Part shown: piece by piece, positions 49,524 to 62,140 of the stretch
Layout: each line of letters begins with the position of its first letter
How positions within the stretch are numbered: position 1 is the stretch's first letter
NCBI GenBank assembly: GCA_965603825.1
Contig: CBFDEM010000046.1
Location: 124,001-188,000, forward strand
Direction of reading: 5' to 3'
Source: Blepharisma stoltei ATCC 30299
Taxonomy: Eukaryota > Protista > Ciliophora
DNA length: 64,000 bases
Notes under the pieces: generated by a model
The model's input: the letters and a program-made list of their open reading frames with translations, nothing else
Database searches by the model: none
What the model was told of the DNA's origin: nothing
Translations under genes and position numbers: made by a program

Positions 49524-49563
49524 TAAAATTCTCATTGAAATTATCTATAAGAAAATGATTATT

Positions 49564-50079
49564 TTATCGCGATTTTATATGAGCTTCTAAGAAAAGGGTT
49601 GGAAATGCCAATGCTAAAATAATAACAGTAGTTTTCACAAGCACCATCCATATAAGTGCAACTAAAACAGGCAAAATTGATAAAAAATACAGCAAGGCTT
49701 CTACGCCAATAAAATACTTGAACTCTTCATTACAGTTGGCAGGAAAATTCAAATAAATATAACCTGCCCATCCTAGACTTAAAATTCCAAATAAAAGTGT
49801 TGAAATGCCTGGGAAGGATAAAGAAAGGCTGCTTTCTTGGGTGATTTTATCTACTTTTACAATAGTTGCGGTTAAAGTAGCTGAGATTATTAATGCGATT
49901 GATATAAGGTACCTTCCTCTCATTCAAATAGTAGCCTCACAGCCTGTTGAGCTTATATCAAAACTAAGAGCGAGGAAACAAAGCTGAAAAAGAACTATAA
50001 GTCACCAATAAATTTTTGTGCAGCGGATTCCAAACATTCATCTTTTATCGAAGCTTCATAACCAAATCAGTGTTTCCAT
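49564..50079 (-). CDS. Multi-pass membrane protein (171 aa)
   Basis: ATG 50079 in frame via four TGA-Trp; about four hydrophobic segments. Confidence 0.7.
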
Positions 50080-50345
50080 TTCTTTTTAATTGTCAATTAT
50101 TAAATATATATCAATTTTTAAATTTAATTGTTAGTACAAATAAGGCTAATTGTACAATTACTGTATATAATTAATATTGACCATCCTAAGAAATCTTATT
50201 TACTTATTCCCATAATATATTAATTAATATAAATAGGCATTTGCCTAAATTTAAAAATTCATTCCAAGGTGCAAATTCAACAATAAATTAAAATTGCTTT
50301 GAAATATTTATTAAGAATAAACAAAATTTTGAATAAATGGATTAA

Positions 50346-52844
50346 TTATAGTCGATCCAAGAAGTTCTCCAGAGGAGGTATTCCTTCATTTAGTCCTTTC
50401 CTTTGCCTTACGTTCCTTATCAGTCCTCCCAACGTTGAATTTACATCATATGGATCTCCACTAACTACATCCCAATGGTCAAACACACACTGTGGAAAAG
50501 CTTGTCCTGACGTCATCGATCTCAAATGTCCTGAAAACCCAAAGCTTTCTGCCACTGGCAAATAAGCTTTCACCACAGTCATGCTTGTCCCAGAAACTGG
50601 CTCTTCTGCCTGCACAATGCCTCTCCTTGCTGTCAAACACTGATAAACGTTTCCTATCACTTCATAAGGGCACTGTATTTCTACCATATAAATAGGTTCT
50701 TGTAATGTAGGAGATGCTGTCAGTATAGACGCAATACATACATTTCTGGCAGTCGGCATGATTTGTCTAGATCCTCTATGTACAGGGTCGCTATGCAGCA
50801 TGGCGTCTACAATATTGACTCTGATCCCTCTCATCTGCTCGCCACATAAGACTCCTTCTTTAGTTGCCCATTGGAAGCCAGATTCTATATGGTCTCTGAC
50901 TTCCATCAAATACTGTAAGCCTTTGGTTTGGTCTACAAGGATGTTGGGACCTGTGGTCTCAGGTCCGAAGCATCATATACGCTTAGAGTCGTTTAAGTCC
51001 CAGGCATATTGGTTAAATAAAGCTTGTGAGCGCTGCTTAGGGTCTTGTAGAGAAGAAACTTTGCCAAGTTCTATAGCTTCAGACAGTCCTTGTGCTAATG
51101 GTTCAGCAGTAGCCCAAAGTCGATTGAGCTTATTTGGAGCTTTTGATAGACAAACTTGGCTTGAGTTGTTCAAAATAGTTTCTTTATAAGTCACAATAGG
51201 GTCTGAAGCCACAATTTCGATCCCTGAAAGCTCTTGCAGATCCCTTAAGCAGATTTCTACATGTAGCTCTCCACATCCTACTATTACATGCTCCCCTGTT
51301 TCTTCCGTTATGCATTGTACAAGTGAGTCTTGCTTACTAAGTCTTACAAGTCCTTCTACCAATTTAGCGATTTCTGCAGTATTTTTAGGTTTCACAGCGA
51401 CTCTTACAATAGGGCTTACTGAGTATTTCATTGATTTAAATAAGTGTGCTTCTTCATGGTCTGTAATGGTCCCTGTTTTTACGAGGAATTGGTCTACACC
51501 AATAAGCCCTGCAAGATTGCCACAAGGGATATCGCCGATTGGCTCCACAATTTTTCCCATCATGATTACTGTTCTTTGGATATTCTTTATATATAAGTCT
51601 TCTTTTTCTCCATAAACATATTTAGGACCCATAATTCTGACTTTTTGTCCTGACGCAATTTTCCCTGAAAAAACTCTTCCAAAAGCAATAAATCGGCTTT
51701 TGTCTGAGGATGGGACTAGTTTTGATACATAAAACATCAGGGGGCCATTAGGGTCGCAGTTTCTTATAGCTTGAGCACAGTCATCATCAAGAGGGCCTTC
51801 ATAGAGACAGCTGACTCTATATTGTTGAGCAAATTTAGGAGATGGCAAGTGGAAAATAACCATTTCCAATAAGCAGTCAGCAGCGTTGATCCATTTTTGC
51901 ATGATTTTCTTTAAAAGTTTTTTTTCTCTGAGTTCTCTGTCTTCTTGTTTGATTTCTATATTGAGATGTCTGAGGATCTTATTGATCCCTTCTTCATTGT
52001 TAGTCATAGCATTTTTTGCAAGTCGCTGTATAGGCTTTAATATTAACTCATTGAAGGCTCTTTCTAGCTTTTTTCCTGAGTCTGATATTGGGCTCTTTTT
52101 CCATTTTTTCCCTTCAGCGTCAAAGTACCAGTCTCCCCATAGTTTTTTCATCATTTTTGAAGGGTCTGCATTCAGCTTATTTGCATATATTTTTGCAAAA
52201 GTCCTCAAAGTAAAGGCCCAGCCCATAAGTCCAGACCCAAAGGCACAATTTCCTTTGGCTGGGTCAATCATGATGTCTCCCATAGTCCCATCGTCATATA
52301 CAGCAATAATAGAATTTACCTTCTCAATAGTCCTCAAGAAATTCTGGTACATTTCTTCAGGGTCCAGCTGTAATTCTAATAATTGTCTGTCAACTTTATT
52401 GATCATAAGAACCGGCTTGATTTTTTCTTGTAAAGCTTGTCTTAATACAGTCTCAGTTTGTACACAGACTCCTTCAACACAGTCAACCACCACAAGTGCC
52501 CCATCTGTAACTCTGAGAGCTGCAGTGACTTCTGAGGAGAAATCAACATGCCCAGGAGAGTCGATTAAATTAATTAGAAAAGGGTCAGGGCTGAGCTCTT
52601 CTACGTTGTAGCATAAGGAGACACTGGTGGATTTTATAGTGATGCCTCGTTCAACTTCGTCTTTACGAGTGTCACAAAATCTGACATCTCCAGCATTGTC
52701 TTCATCTATAAGTCCTGCTTTGGCTATTAAGGAGTCAGTTAAAGTAGTCTTGCCATGGTCGACGTGTGCGATTACAGACATGTTTCGAATGTTCTCTTGA
52801 TTGTCCATGATCTCACGAACTTGATCACCAGAGTACTTTACCAT
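50346..52844 (-). CDS. EEF2: Translation elongation factor eEF2 (divergent, 832 aa)
   Basis: [28 protein letters not shown]; TGA at 50973 within [12 protein letters not shown]; [18 protein letters not shown]. Confidence 0.95.
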
Positions 52845-53344
52845 ATTTAAATATACAGATTAGATCAGGTAAAATGGAAGAAATCGAAAAATCAGCCAAT
52901 AGGAATTCAGGGGGATATTGGAATTCTGAAAGCAATTTCTGGTGATTAAAAATGGGTCAGTGGGTGATGAGAATTAGGTTGGGAAGGGTTTGAGAATCTA
53001 AGTAAGGGTGAGAGGTGACAAGGGTTTTATTGGCAAAATAAATTGAGCTATTTATTTTATTGTTTTTGCAGTGAAAATTGTATTTAATAAAAAAATTTAG
53101 AAATTGTGAAATTGAGATTGTAAAAGTATTTTATGCTGAATTGTTTGAAGATTTGATTTAAAACTGAATTTTCAAGCTTAAATTGGGGGTCTTAATAAAT
53201 TTTTAAAATAAAAGGAAAAATAGGGTGAAATCAAAAGGTTCTGCTAATTATGCCTTAAAAACAAAAATAAGCAGCTTTCACAACTAAAAAGTAGCTAAAA
53301 TATACTGTTCCTACAATAATACTGCATTAAATTTATTTTTAAAT

Positions 53345-54487
53345 TTAGTTATTTATCTGTTTATAAATATTTTCAAATTCTTGACAACAAGTTTTGATAC
53401 TCGGCCTTTCATTTGGATCTTCACTCAGCATCATTTCAATTACCATTCTTATATTTTCCGGCAAATTTTCCAAATTATGAGTTTCCATATAATTCTGCTT
53501 TGTCAGAATAAAAAAACTCACAAGCCCATAAGAATAAACATCGCATTTATAATCTATTATCCCTTCTAGTGCTTCAGGCGCAGCATAATCTTCTTCTTTA
53601 TAGCATAAAACCTGATTAGGCATTAAGTCTAAGCAAACTGCATTTTCTAAATCTGCAATAATCGGCTTATAGTTTGAATTTATAAAAATGCTTCACGGGG
53701 AAATATTCATAGCTGCTACATGTTTTATATGCATAAAAAAAAGTCCTTGACCAATTTCAATGATAAGACTAAGGCATTTTTGGATACTCAAATTATTATT
53801 TCTTATATAAGAGTCTAGAACTGTAGAAATATGCTGAAAGACCAAACATTTGTGGCTTTTATACTTAGTATACCCATAGCATTTTATAATATGTGGATGC
53901 TGTAGGTGGCAGAAAATAAAGCATTCATAAGGAAGCCCATCTACCTTATATCGATTTATTATTGGTTTTATAAAAACCATCGTATTATCCACCATAGTAG
54001 CTACTATCATGGTCATATATTTTTTGCTTACTTTTTTGGCTTTAAAAGTTCTTCCTGAATCTACAAACTGCACATCTTGTCCTATTTTGAAATTCTTTAC
54101 AAGAGGTTTCCTCGATACTTTGACAAGATTAAATAGGTATAAGCTTAAGGAATTATTTATAAATTCCTGATAAGTTATTAAATCATCCTTGACAGGAATA
54201 GCTGATGAGACTATTTCAAATTCAAATGCAATTGGACCTGTCTTTTTGAGTTTTATAGAGCCAAAAGGAATTAAAGAATACTGCAGCCCTTCGTTTTTAT
54301 ACAAGTCAATAAGATGCCTATTTAAGGCTACACAGATTTCATGACAATCATCTGAATACATTAAGCTGTCTTCAAGCTTGTAAACTTGGTTCAAATTGAT
54401 ATGTGAAGCATCATAAGCTGTTGTTGCGTTTAAGGCTGATTTTCTACTAGAAATTTCAGCGATATCAATTGTAGGATTGATTGACAT
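53345..54487 (-). CDS. Protein kinase-like (probable pseudokinase)
   Basis: LQHPHIIKCYG, YAAPE, DVYSYG, DPNERP; catalytic loop reads AMNISPW(TGA)S and DFG reads DLE. Confidence 0.75.
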
Positions 54488-54566
54488 TGTAAAATTTATA
54501 AATAATGAGAAATATTCCTCAAGAAATTACTTCCTTAATATGAGAAATAAGCTAGTAATAATTTTA

Positions 54567-55892
54567 CTATAAACTAAGCTCAAATAGCAAAGACTTAAGC
54601 AGTGCTCTTTCTGTCATTTTCTTATGAGTGAAAATCGTGCTATAATGCCCTATGCAGATTTTGTCTACCATTTTGTACCTATTATTTTCATAGTCTCCCC
54701 TTTCCATCTTCCTCATTATGCTCCTATACGGAACTTTGCACTTCTCTACAGAAGTCATGACTGAGTCTCTATACTTAATTAAGGCGCCATAATAAGCAGC
54801 GACTTCTTCATTTGTATCTAGACTGTCAAAATATTCGTCTAAATCACTCACAAAGTGGTCAAGCTCTACTCCTTGTACTTTTAGCGCATAATTAAATAAA
54901 TCTTCGTTAAAGTTGTTATAATAAGCAAAAAATCCACATGCAGTGGAGTCTGCTTGGGCTTTCATAGGGCAATAATCGATTCTTGGGAGCTCAGCCATGA
55001 CGCAGTCATCTAGGTTTTTGTCTAAAACAAAGCCAAAACCGATAGCCATATTAAAATTTCTCCTTGGGCCTCTGCTTCAAATTACTTCAGTGTGGGCTTT
55101 TATGTTGCGGTCAGCAGATAAAACTCCTGCTGGAGGAAAACCTTGAAAACTGATGCCGACTGGCTCAGAGGCACTTCTGTATTTCAAAGGGAGAGATTCT
55201 TGTTTTATCATTTCTACAATAGGCAAAATGCATAAGCCGCTAATGTTTTCATCGCCAACTTGTGCTGGGTATTCTTTGATTTTTTTTCATTGCTTTTTAT
55301 TTATTTCTGTAGCGTGCGAAATTGTAATTGCATAGGCCCAATTTCATACTTCCTTGGTAAAGCAATGTGGACAATCTTTTTTAAGAGAAGGGATTCTTTC
55401 TAAAGCTTTAACAAAATCTGCATGCCCAGACTCATAATCCAAAGGAAAATTAATTTCTGCCTTCTTTTGGAAAATATTTAACAAATATTCGTGTTCTGCT
55501 GCAGTCCAGTTATGCAGATTGTCAATTTCAGATGGATAAGTATAGACATATATATTCCCCCAATGTCTGTACTGATTGATAAATTTTTCATAAATTAATC
55601 TTCCAGCTATAATTGTAAAATCTCCTAGAGGGTATAGATAGCTATATCAAGGAAATTGATCAAAGCTAATAATGCCGATATTTATTGGAAACATTGCAAT
55701 TGGTTCATATCTTCTGATGTCTCTTGTGGCAACTATCCCATATCTTTTTTCTTCAGGAAAGTATTTAATTTTCACTCCTATTAAGTGTTGACTGATATCA
55801 CCGTAAATAGCTTCTTTGTCTTCTTGAGATGACTCAGGAATTATATAACTCGACGTAACGAATAATAAGCAAGAAAGCACAAATAATTGCAT
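54567..55892 (-). CDS. SETD3/Rubisco-LSMT-like SET-fold protein with signal peptide (degenerate active site)
   Basis: One frame with TGA=Trp; RYGIVATRDI, WNWAYAITISH, LPIVEMIKQ, NFNMAIGFGFV. Confidence 0.65.
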
Positions 55893-55992
55893 TTAATGCT
55901 TTATTAATTTAGAAAAAAGGAAGATAATTAGACTCAACATAATTTTTCCATACTTTTTCCCTTTACCAACACCTATTTAATAATATCAAATC

Positions 55993-56988
55993 ATGAAGCC
56001 AATCACAAGAACGGACCCACAACACAGCTTATCAGCCCCTAAAAAATTCAGTACTCGTGAAAAGCCTATTTTTGACTTCACAAACGTCAAAATCTCCCCT
56101 GGTGCATCTCCATCTACCTTTATAGTAGAAAATATCCCTATAGATCATAGTTCTCATAAGCAGCAAAACAATGTTTTTTTCAATTCTGCAATTCCTATCC
56201 CTGAGCTAAAAATGCTTGGCGATATTGATGCTATTGATGAAGAATCTGAAGAAGAGCACGACACCCTTTCAAGCTGGGAAATCAATCGTAAAAGATTTGA
56301 CCAATGGATGTCTAAAAGCTGCTCAGGAGTTCCCAATGATCCTGTCAAATTCCACGAAGAACTGAAAAAGCTAAAATCTCACAAAATCGTAGACCCAATG
56401 CCACTGCAGCTGACTCCTCCACCACCAGGGTTTGAAAAAGTGGCCAAAATTGACAAGTCAAAAGTCGAAGAAGCAAAAAATCCAACAAGAATCACGAGTG
56501 AGCCTGATAAAAGCTATTTAAAAGTGGAAGAATCGAAAAAAAAATTCACATGGGCTGATTTGTCGAGTGACTCAGATTTTACGCCAACTCCTGTATCTAT
56601 ATTAAAAAAGCATGAAAAAGAGCCTGTGAAGGGTATACAAATCGAGCAGCAGCCTATAATCTTGAAAAGTCCGCCTCAGAAAGGCAGTTTAGTTAAGAGA
56701 GAAAAAAGAGGAAAATTCAATGAAGAACAAGTAATCGAGAAAAAATTTACAGGAAAATTGAAATTTTATCAGCTGAAAAAAAGATTTGGATTTATTACTC
56801 TTGATGTAGACCAAGCTGATATATTTTTGTGTGAAGATGATTTACTACTGTCTGGAATCAACCATAAAAAGTTCAAAGAAAGTGTAATCAGTAAGCAACC
56901 CATGAGTTTTAGATTTCATATAAAAAAATACATAGAAAATGGGAAGGAAAAGCGCAAGGCAATCGATATTGAGATAATTGATTGTTAA
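55993..56988 (+). CDS. Protein with C-terminal cold-shock (OB) domain
   Basis: FTGKLKFYQLKKRFGFITLD..DIFL; PPPPGF motif. Confidence 0.8.
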   Translation: MKPITRTDPQHSLSAPKKFSTREKPIFDFTNVKISPGASPSTFIVENIPIDHSSHKQQNNVFFNSAIPIPELKMLGDIDAIDEESEEEHDTLSSWEINRKRFDQWMSKSCSGVPNDPVKFHEELKKLKSHKIVDPMPLQLTPPPPGFEKVAKIDKSKVEEAKNPTRITSEPDKSYLKVEESKKKFTWADLSSDSDFTPTPVSILKKHEKEPVKGIQIEQQPIILKSPPQKGSLVKREKRGKFNEEQVIEKKFTGKLKFYQLKKRFGFITLDVDQADIFLCEDDLLLSGINHKKFKESVISKQPMSFRFHIKKYIENGKEKRKAIDIEIIDC

Positions 56989-57462
56989 CAGTAAGCAAAT
57001 ACAAAACACTTTTATTTATATATGTTTTTAATACGAGTTATTTTAGTTGAAATAAGGTTAATTCATGATCATTTCTTATAAATTTATAGTATTTGGAAGC
57101 TTTTACTTATTACCACTATAAACTTCAAAGCTCTAGTTGGGTTATTTCATTATTAGTATAAATTAAAAAGCATAAAATAATTAATATGTATTTAAATTTA
57201 TGATCTGATTTCAATGAGAAAATAATTATAAACAAAAATTAATATTTATCTCATTTAGATTGTTATTTATTTTAAAAACATTTAAAAGCGCTGAAATTTT
57301 GCCAAATATATTGAAAATTGTTTTATATAAAAGCAAAATGATTTTATCAATTCAACATATGTCTCTTATTTTTTATAAATAAAAGCTCAAAAGAAATATT
57401 GGATAGGATTTAAAATAAATGCAAATCATTATTTTAATAGTAATATTTCAGGGCATATATAA

Positions 57463-59076
57463 ATGTCAGGAGTAAAAAGCATTTTACTTATGATCTTTTG
57501 CTATGTCGAGGTTAATGGTGGCTACTTGTACCCTGAACAAATTCACATTTCTTGAACAGAAAATTCCAATGAAATGAGAGCTACATGAGTTACCTATTTA
57601 GAAAGCCAACCAATAGCAGCATACTCCTCAATTTCATTAAAAGGCTCATCACAAGATTGAACTTTTGTAGTAGGAGAAACTAAGCCATTCCTTGAAAGTA
57701 ACACAGGTGATTCAATAAAACTGCACTATTTTGGTATAATCGGTATCGTCCCCGTGATTATTTACTTCTTCTTATGATTTCATTATAACTTAGCTTTGCT
57801 TTTTTGATCGTTTATTTTTTCAGCTATTTATACTCATTTAATTCCCACAGAAAATAAGATCGCGGAAGAGTTTATATATATTTTTAACGAAGGACTATAT
57901 GGAATAGACTTTTATGGGATATTAAATATTGTTATAGATGCCACACTTTCTGGAGAATTAAATTTTGGCTTTGGAGAGAGATATCAATATGTGCATACAG
58001 CTGTGTTTTATGACTTATCCCCTGACACTTGATATGAATATAAAGTAGGTAATTTAGGGTTTTGAAGTAAAAAATATGTATTTTATGGCAGAACCCCAGA
58101 TAGTGAAAATAATTTTGAAGATGTCAATGACCCATACACTATGATTATTTTTGGCGATTTAGGGACTGGCCCAATTGCCCAGCCGACAAAAAAGCTTTTA
58201 GAGAAGGAAGCTTTAGAGGGAAACTCCTTGGGAATTTTTCATTTAGGAGATATTGCTTATAATTTAGATAAAAAAAATGGGAAAATTGGAGATGAATATT
58301 TAAATATGATTGAGCCTATAGCAGCATCATTGCCTTATATGACTGTTCCTGGAAATCATGAAAAATTTTATAATTATACTCAATATAAATCCCGATTTTA
58401 TATGCCAGTCAATAATAAAAATCAAGGAACTGGGTATTTCTATTCATTAAATTTAGGTCCAATTCATTTTATTTTTCACAACACTAATCTTTATTTCGAC
58501 GAAAGCACTAAAATTGAAGCTGAAATCCAATTAAAATGGCTTATAAACGATTTAAATAAGGCAAATAGAAATAGAAAGAAAAGACCTTGAATAATTGTAA
58601 TGTCTCATCATCCTCTTTATTGCTCACAGAATTGATTTGAAGAAGGCAGCCAAGAAGACTGCGGAAGTGAGCCTGCAGTTTTAAAACCCATTCTCGAAGA
58701 TTTATTTTATAGTAACAGCGTAGATTTATTGCTTCAAGCACATGTTCACAACTATGAGAGAGCAGCTGCAATTTATAAAAATAAAACAATTCCTAGCGAA
58801 CTTGACAATCATCATTGACACATTAATCCAAAAGCTCCAATTTATATTGTGAGTGGGAATGCTGGGAATCATTATGGGAGAAATGACCCAAAATCGGCAA
58901 CGCCACAGCCATGATCGAGGTTTTTGAGTGATGACTATGGGTTTGGAAGATTAAAAGCAATCAATAATACTCATTTGTATTGGGAACAGGTAAGTGCTTT
59001 GACTAATAAAGAAATTGATTATGCTTGGATCGTTAAAAAACACCCTAGATATGATCCAAGCTTGTTAGAGTTTTAG
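57463..59076 (+). CDS. Purple acid phosphatase (ACP7/PAPL-like), 537 aa, signal peptide, 11 TGA-Trp codons
   Basis: PEQIHISW, FGDLG, GDIAY, GNHE, SHHPLY, AHVHNYER, YGFGRL; open from ATG 57463 to TAG 59076. Confidence 0.92.
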
Positions 59077-59356
59077 GTTTAGATAAGATTATTTTATCTA
59101 TTTGTCTTTTTTGAAATTAATAATAATTTTAATTAATTATAAAATACTCATTATTAAATAAAACAGAAACTCTCTTGCTATAATTTTTTTAAATTAAGAT
59201 AGTAAATAAACGAAAAATAAAATATTTTGACTGAAAATATCAATAATTTTTTTTAAAAATGAAAAATTAAATTATTTATTTTTTTCAAGGAGAAGAGTAA
59301 TATTTTTGATTTTTCAAAGCAGTCAACTTAATTTTATTGGGGGCTTTAAAATATAA

Positions 59357-59788
59357 ATGAAATCTCTTGTTAAAAGACCTCTTCCAGCACATACACGATA
59401 TATCCAGTTTAGATGCGAAGAATTCAAAGGCTTATATAAGCTGACTCCATCAGAGGTCGTCGAGCTTATGCTTGATGAATGAAGAAATTTATCAGAAGAC
59501 GAAAAATTACCTTATCTGAACGCAGCAAAAGAAGAACGTGACGATTTTAATAAAAAATGAAGAGAAGTTGAAGCAGTTGGCGTTGACAGCTTTATGAAAA
59601 CTATTAAAGAAAAGCGACAGGAAAATGAAATTGATTCTGAATTCCAAGAAGACCCTATTCTTGCAATTATTAATCATAAGAGAAATTGGAAGAAAACTTG
59701 GGGTAAGAAAAGGATACTAGAGAGTAAAAGGAAAAACGGCAATTTTTGTTATAATGGAAGGAAAAAAATGAAACTGAAATTGAACTAA
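59357..59788 (+). CDS. HMG-box protein
   Basis: KRPLPAH..EW(TGA)RNLSEDEKLPY..AKEERDDF. Confidence 0.8.
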
Positions 59789-60098
59789 TTTAAATGTTAA
59801 CCCTTTGAATTTTGAGAAATTTACCTCAATCCCACTGATTCGGGTTAATAAAACAATAGATTCTTTATTTTTATTTATAGATTTTGTTGCAGGATATTTA
59901 ATTCCTAGGTGATTTTTTTCTGTGAAATAGTGTTCTTTTTAATATCCATTGGCTTATGTCTCAGTTAATTTGTTATTTCGCTATTTATAAATAAGATTGA
60001 GCCTATCGTTATAAATTCTAAACAATTACTAAAGCCAGTTTATTGAAATTCTTATTAAATATTTTGCTTTAACTATATAGTATAACAAACTTCAATTC

Positions 60099-61535
60099 TT
60101 ACCATTTAAGAACTTGATGCTTTTTCTCTAGTCAAAAATCACTTTCAGTTTTGTATCTTTTTCTTTGGGACTCTATTATGCCAATCAAAGAATCTTGAAA
60201 ATGGACTTCTCTTTCTTTACCATACCAAACAAATTCGTTTTTAATAGTATTTTCGATTTTTCCTAAGCGCTCAGCCATTTCATTAGTTTGTATTTTTAGC
60301 TCTTCTATTTCTTTGATATATCTTCCTGAAGAATCTTCATCTGTGGCACTTCTTTCAATTTTTTTCATAATTAAGCTTTCAACCTCAGAATAATCTTTTA
60401 ATAAAGATTTATAGCTGTCTAATGCTGTTTGCATTCCAATAATTTTCATTTGTTCCTCTTTTATTTCTAAGGACAAGTTGTTTAATTTTGCAAAAAAATT
60501 TACTTGAAAACTATGAGACTCTTCCAGAATTTGGTTAAACCTTGGGTTTTCATTAAAATTAAAAGCTTCAAAATTTTTTTGTGAATCATTTTGAGCTTTA
60601 ATCCACCCTCCAAATGCAAAATCTAAGTCTTTTATATATGGCTCAATATAATTAAGCTCCCTATCAATATTTACAAGATCCTGACTGACTGGTGTTATTT
60701 TGCTTGTAAACAAATTTTCAAATTTTGTCTTAATTTTATCTATTGTATCCTGCAAATTCAAAAAATCAAAATGATATACATGGCTTGAATCTTCCAATCT
60801 CTGCGACTCACTCGAAAAATTTTCATCTTTACATTTCAAAAACAGCTTAAAAGCTTCAGAATTCATTAAAACCGGATGTTTTGCCAAAATAATCAAATAT
60901 TTTTTCATATTTTCTCTTCTTTTTTCCAAAAAATTTGACGTAGTATTTCCAAAAACCTGTTTTTCTGGAAGCGGTGGAATATTGATTCCTGGATAAGTCT
61001 TTAAAAGAATATTCCTCAGCCACTCTAGATGCCTAAATCTTCTTTTCACTTTGAAAACTTCTCCAAGCAATTGGCTAGTGATTGTATAAAGATAATAAGA
61101 TTTTCATCCTATTCATCCTGATTTAATCATTTGTGGGAAATCTACATCAATTACTCACTTTGAGCTTTCACCTATCAGAGAAGCTGCAGTATCTTCATTT
61201 TTAGGATCATAATGTCGGCTGAAATAAAGTTCTGGTAAATCAATTTCATTGGTATTTTTAGCTGTATGGATTAAATCGACGTCTTCTCATCTTGTTACTT
61301 TTAAGGATTCTTGAGGAAATGCAAGCTGACTATTAGGCTCATGGGATTTATTATTTTGTGTTGGGAATAGTTGTTTTTGAGCCTTGTCGGGTGTAGTTGG
61401 GCTTGAGTCTAAATCTGAAGAAGACAGATCAGAATGCTCGATCTCTAAATCAAGAGCTATAGGCTGGAACACTTGTGTTCGGGATCTTTTTGGGATTGAC
61501 TTGTAAGTGGTTATATCTTCTTTTGAATTTAGCAT
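60099..61535 (-). CDS. Sorting nexin (PX + BAR-like coiled coil)
   Basis: In-frame ORFs joined by TGA; VKRRFRHLEWLR, IPPLPEKQ, FLEKRR, HPVLMNSEAFKLFL. Confidence 0.88.
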
Positions 61536-62140
61536 TAATTATGATAATTTCAGTGATTCTATAAAACGATTATCAGAAAAGCAAGAGAAGGCGAAAAAAT
61601 AATTAAAAGAGATAGATCCACAACAATTTAAAATAAAATGATGGATTTTGGATAAGATCATATTTAAAGAAAGGTTGAGATTTTTATTTAATTTTAAGCT
61701 TAAAATTTTTTAGTGAAGGTGGCAGATTCTCTCAATAAAAAACTGATGATTAAAAGTTCAGAGATTGGGGTTTGCTTTAATTTTAAAAAAATATCGAACT
61801 TAGTGAAGTTAATCATTATTTAAGCTATAGCTGATTAAAAAATACAAGCAAAAAATTTTTATATTATGATATAATTTGCAAATTATTTTCTTTTAAATTT
61901 TTGAAGATGAGAGATAAAGATTAATTAAGTTTAGGCTCACAAACATTTTATTAACTAATTTATTCATAAGCCCTCAAGTCTATTTGGGGTTAGGTCTTAA
62001 TTTAAATGGGACAGATCCTGATTTTAATCACTAAAAAGAGCTAATAGTGAAGTATGCTGGCTCAGATCCTGTTTAAATGTAAGCCGTTTTAATATTTAGG
62101 ATATAATAATTAACGATGATTATTAAAAGTGATTAACTAT

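Noticed and set aside
50346-52844. Split eEF2/SPT5/PAP ORFs as pseudogenes or selenoproteins
   Set aside because: Breaks are in-frame TGA at Trp/aromatic positions, not Cys, and occur in most genes.
61993-62085. SECIS element
   Set aside because: Apical AAA present but no proper UGAN/NGAN quartet, weak helix II, and no upstream selenoprotein on that strand.
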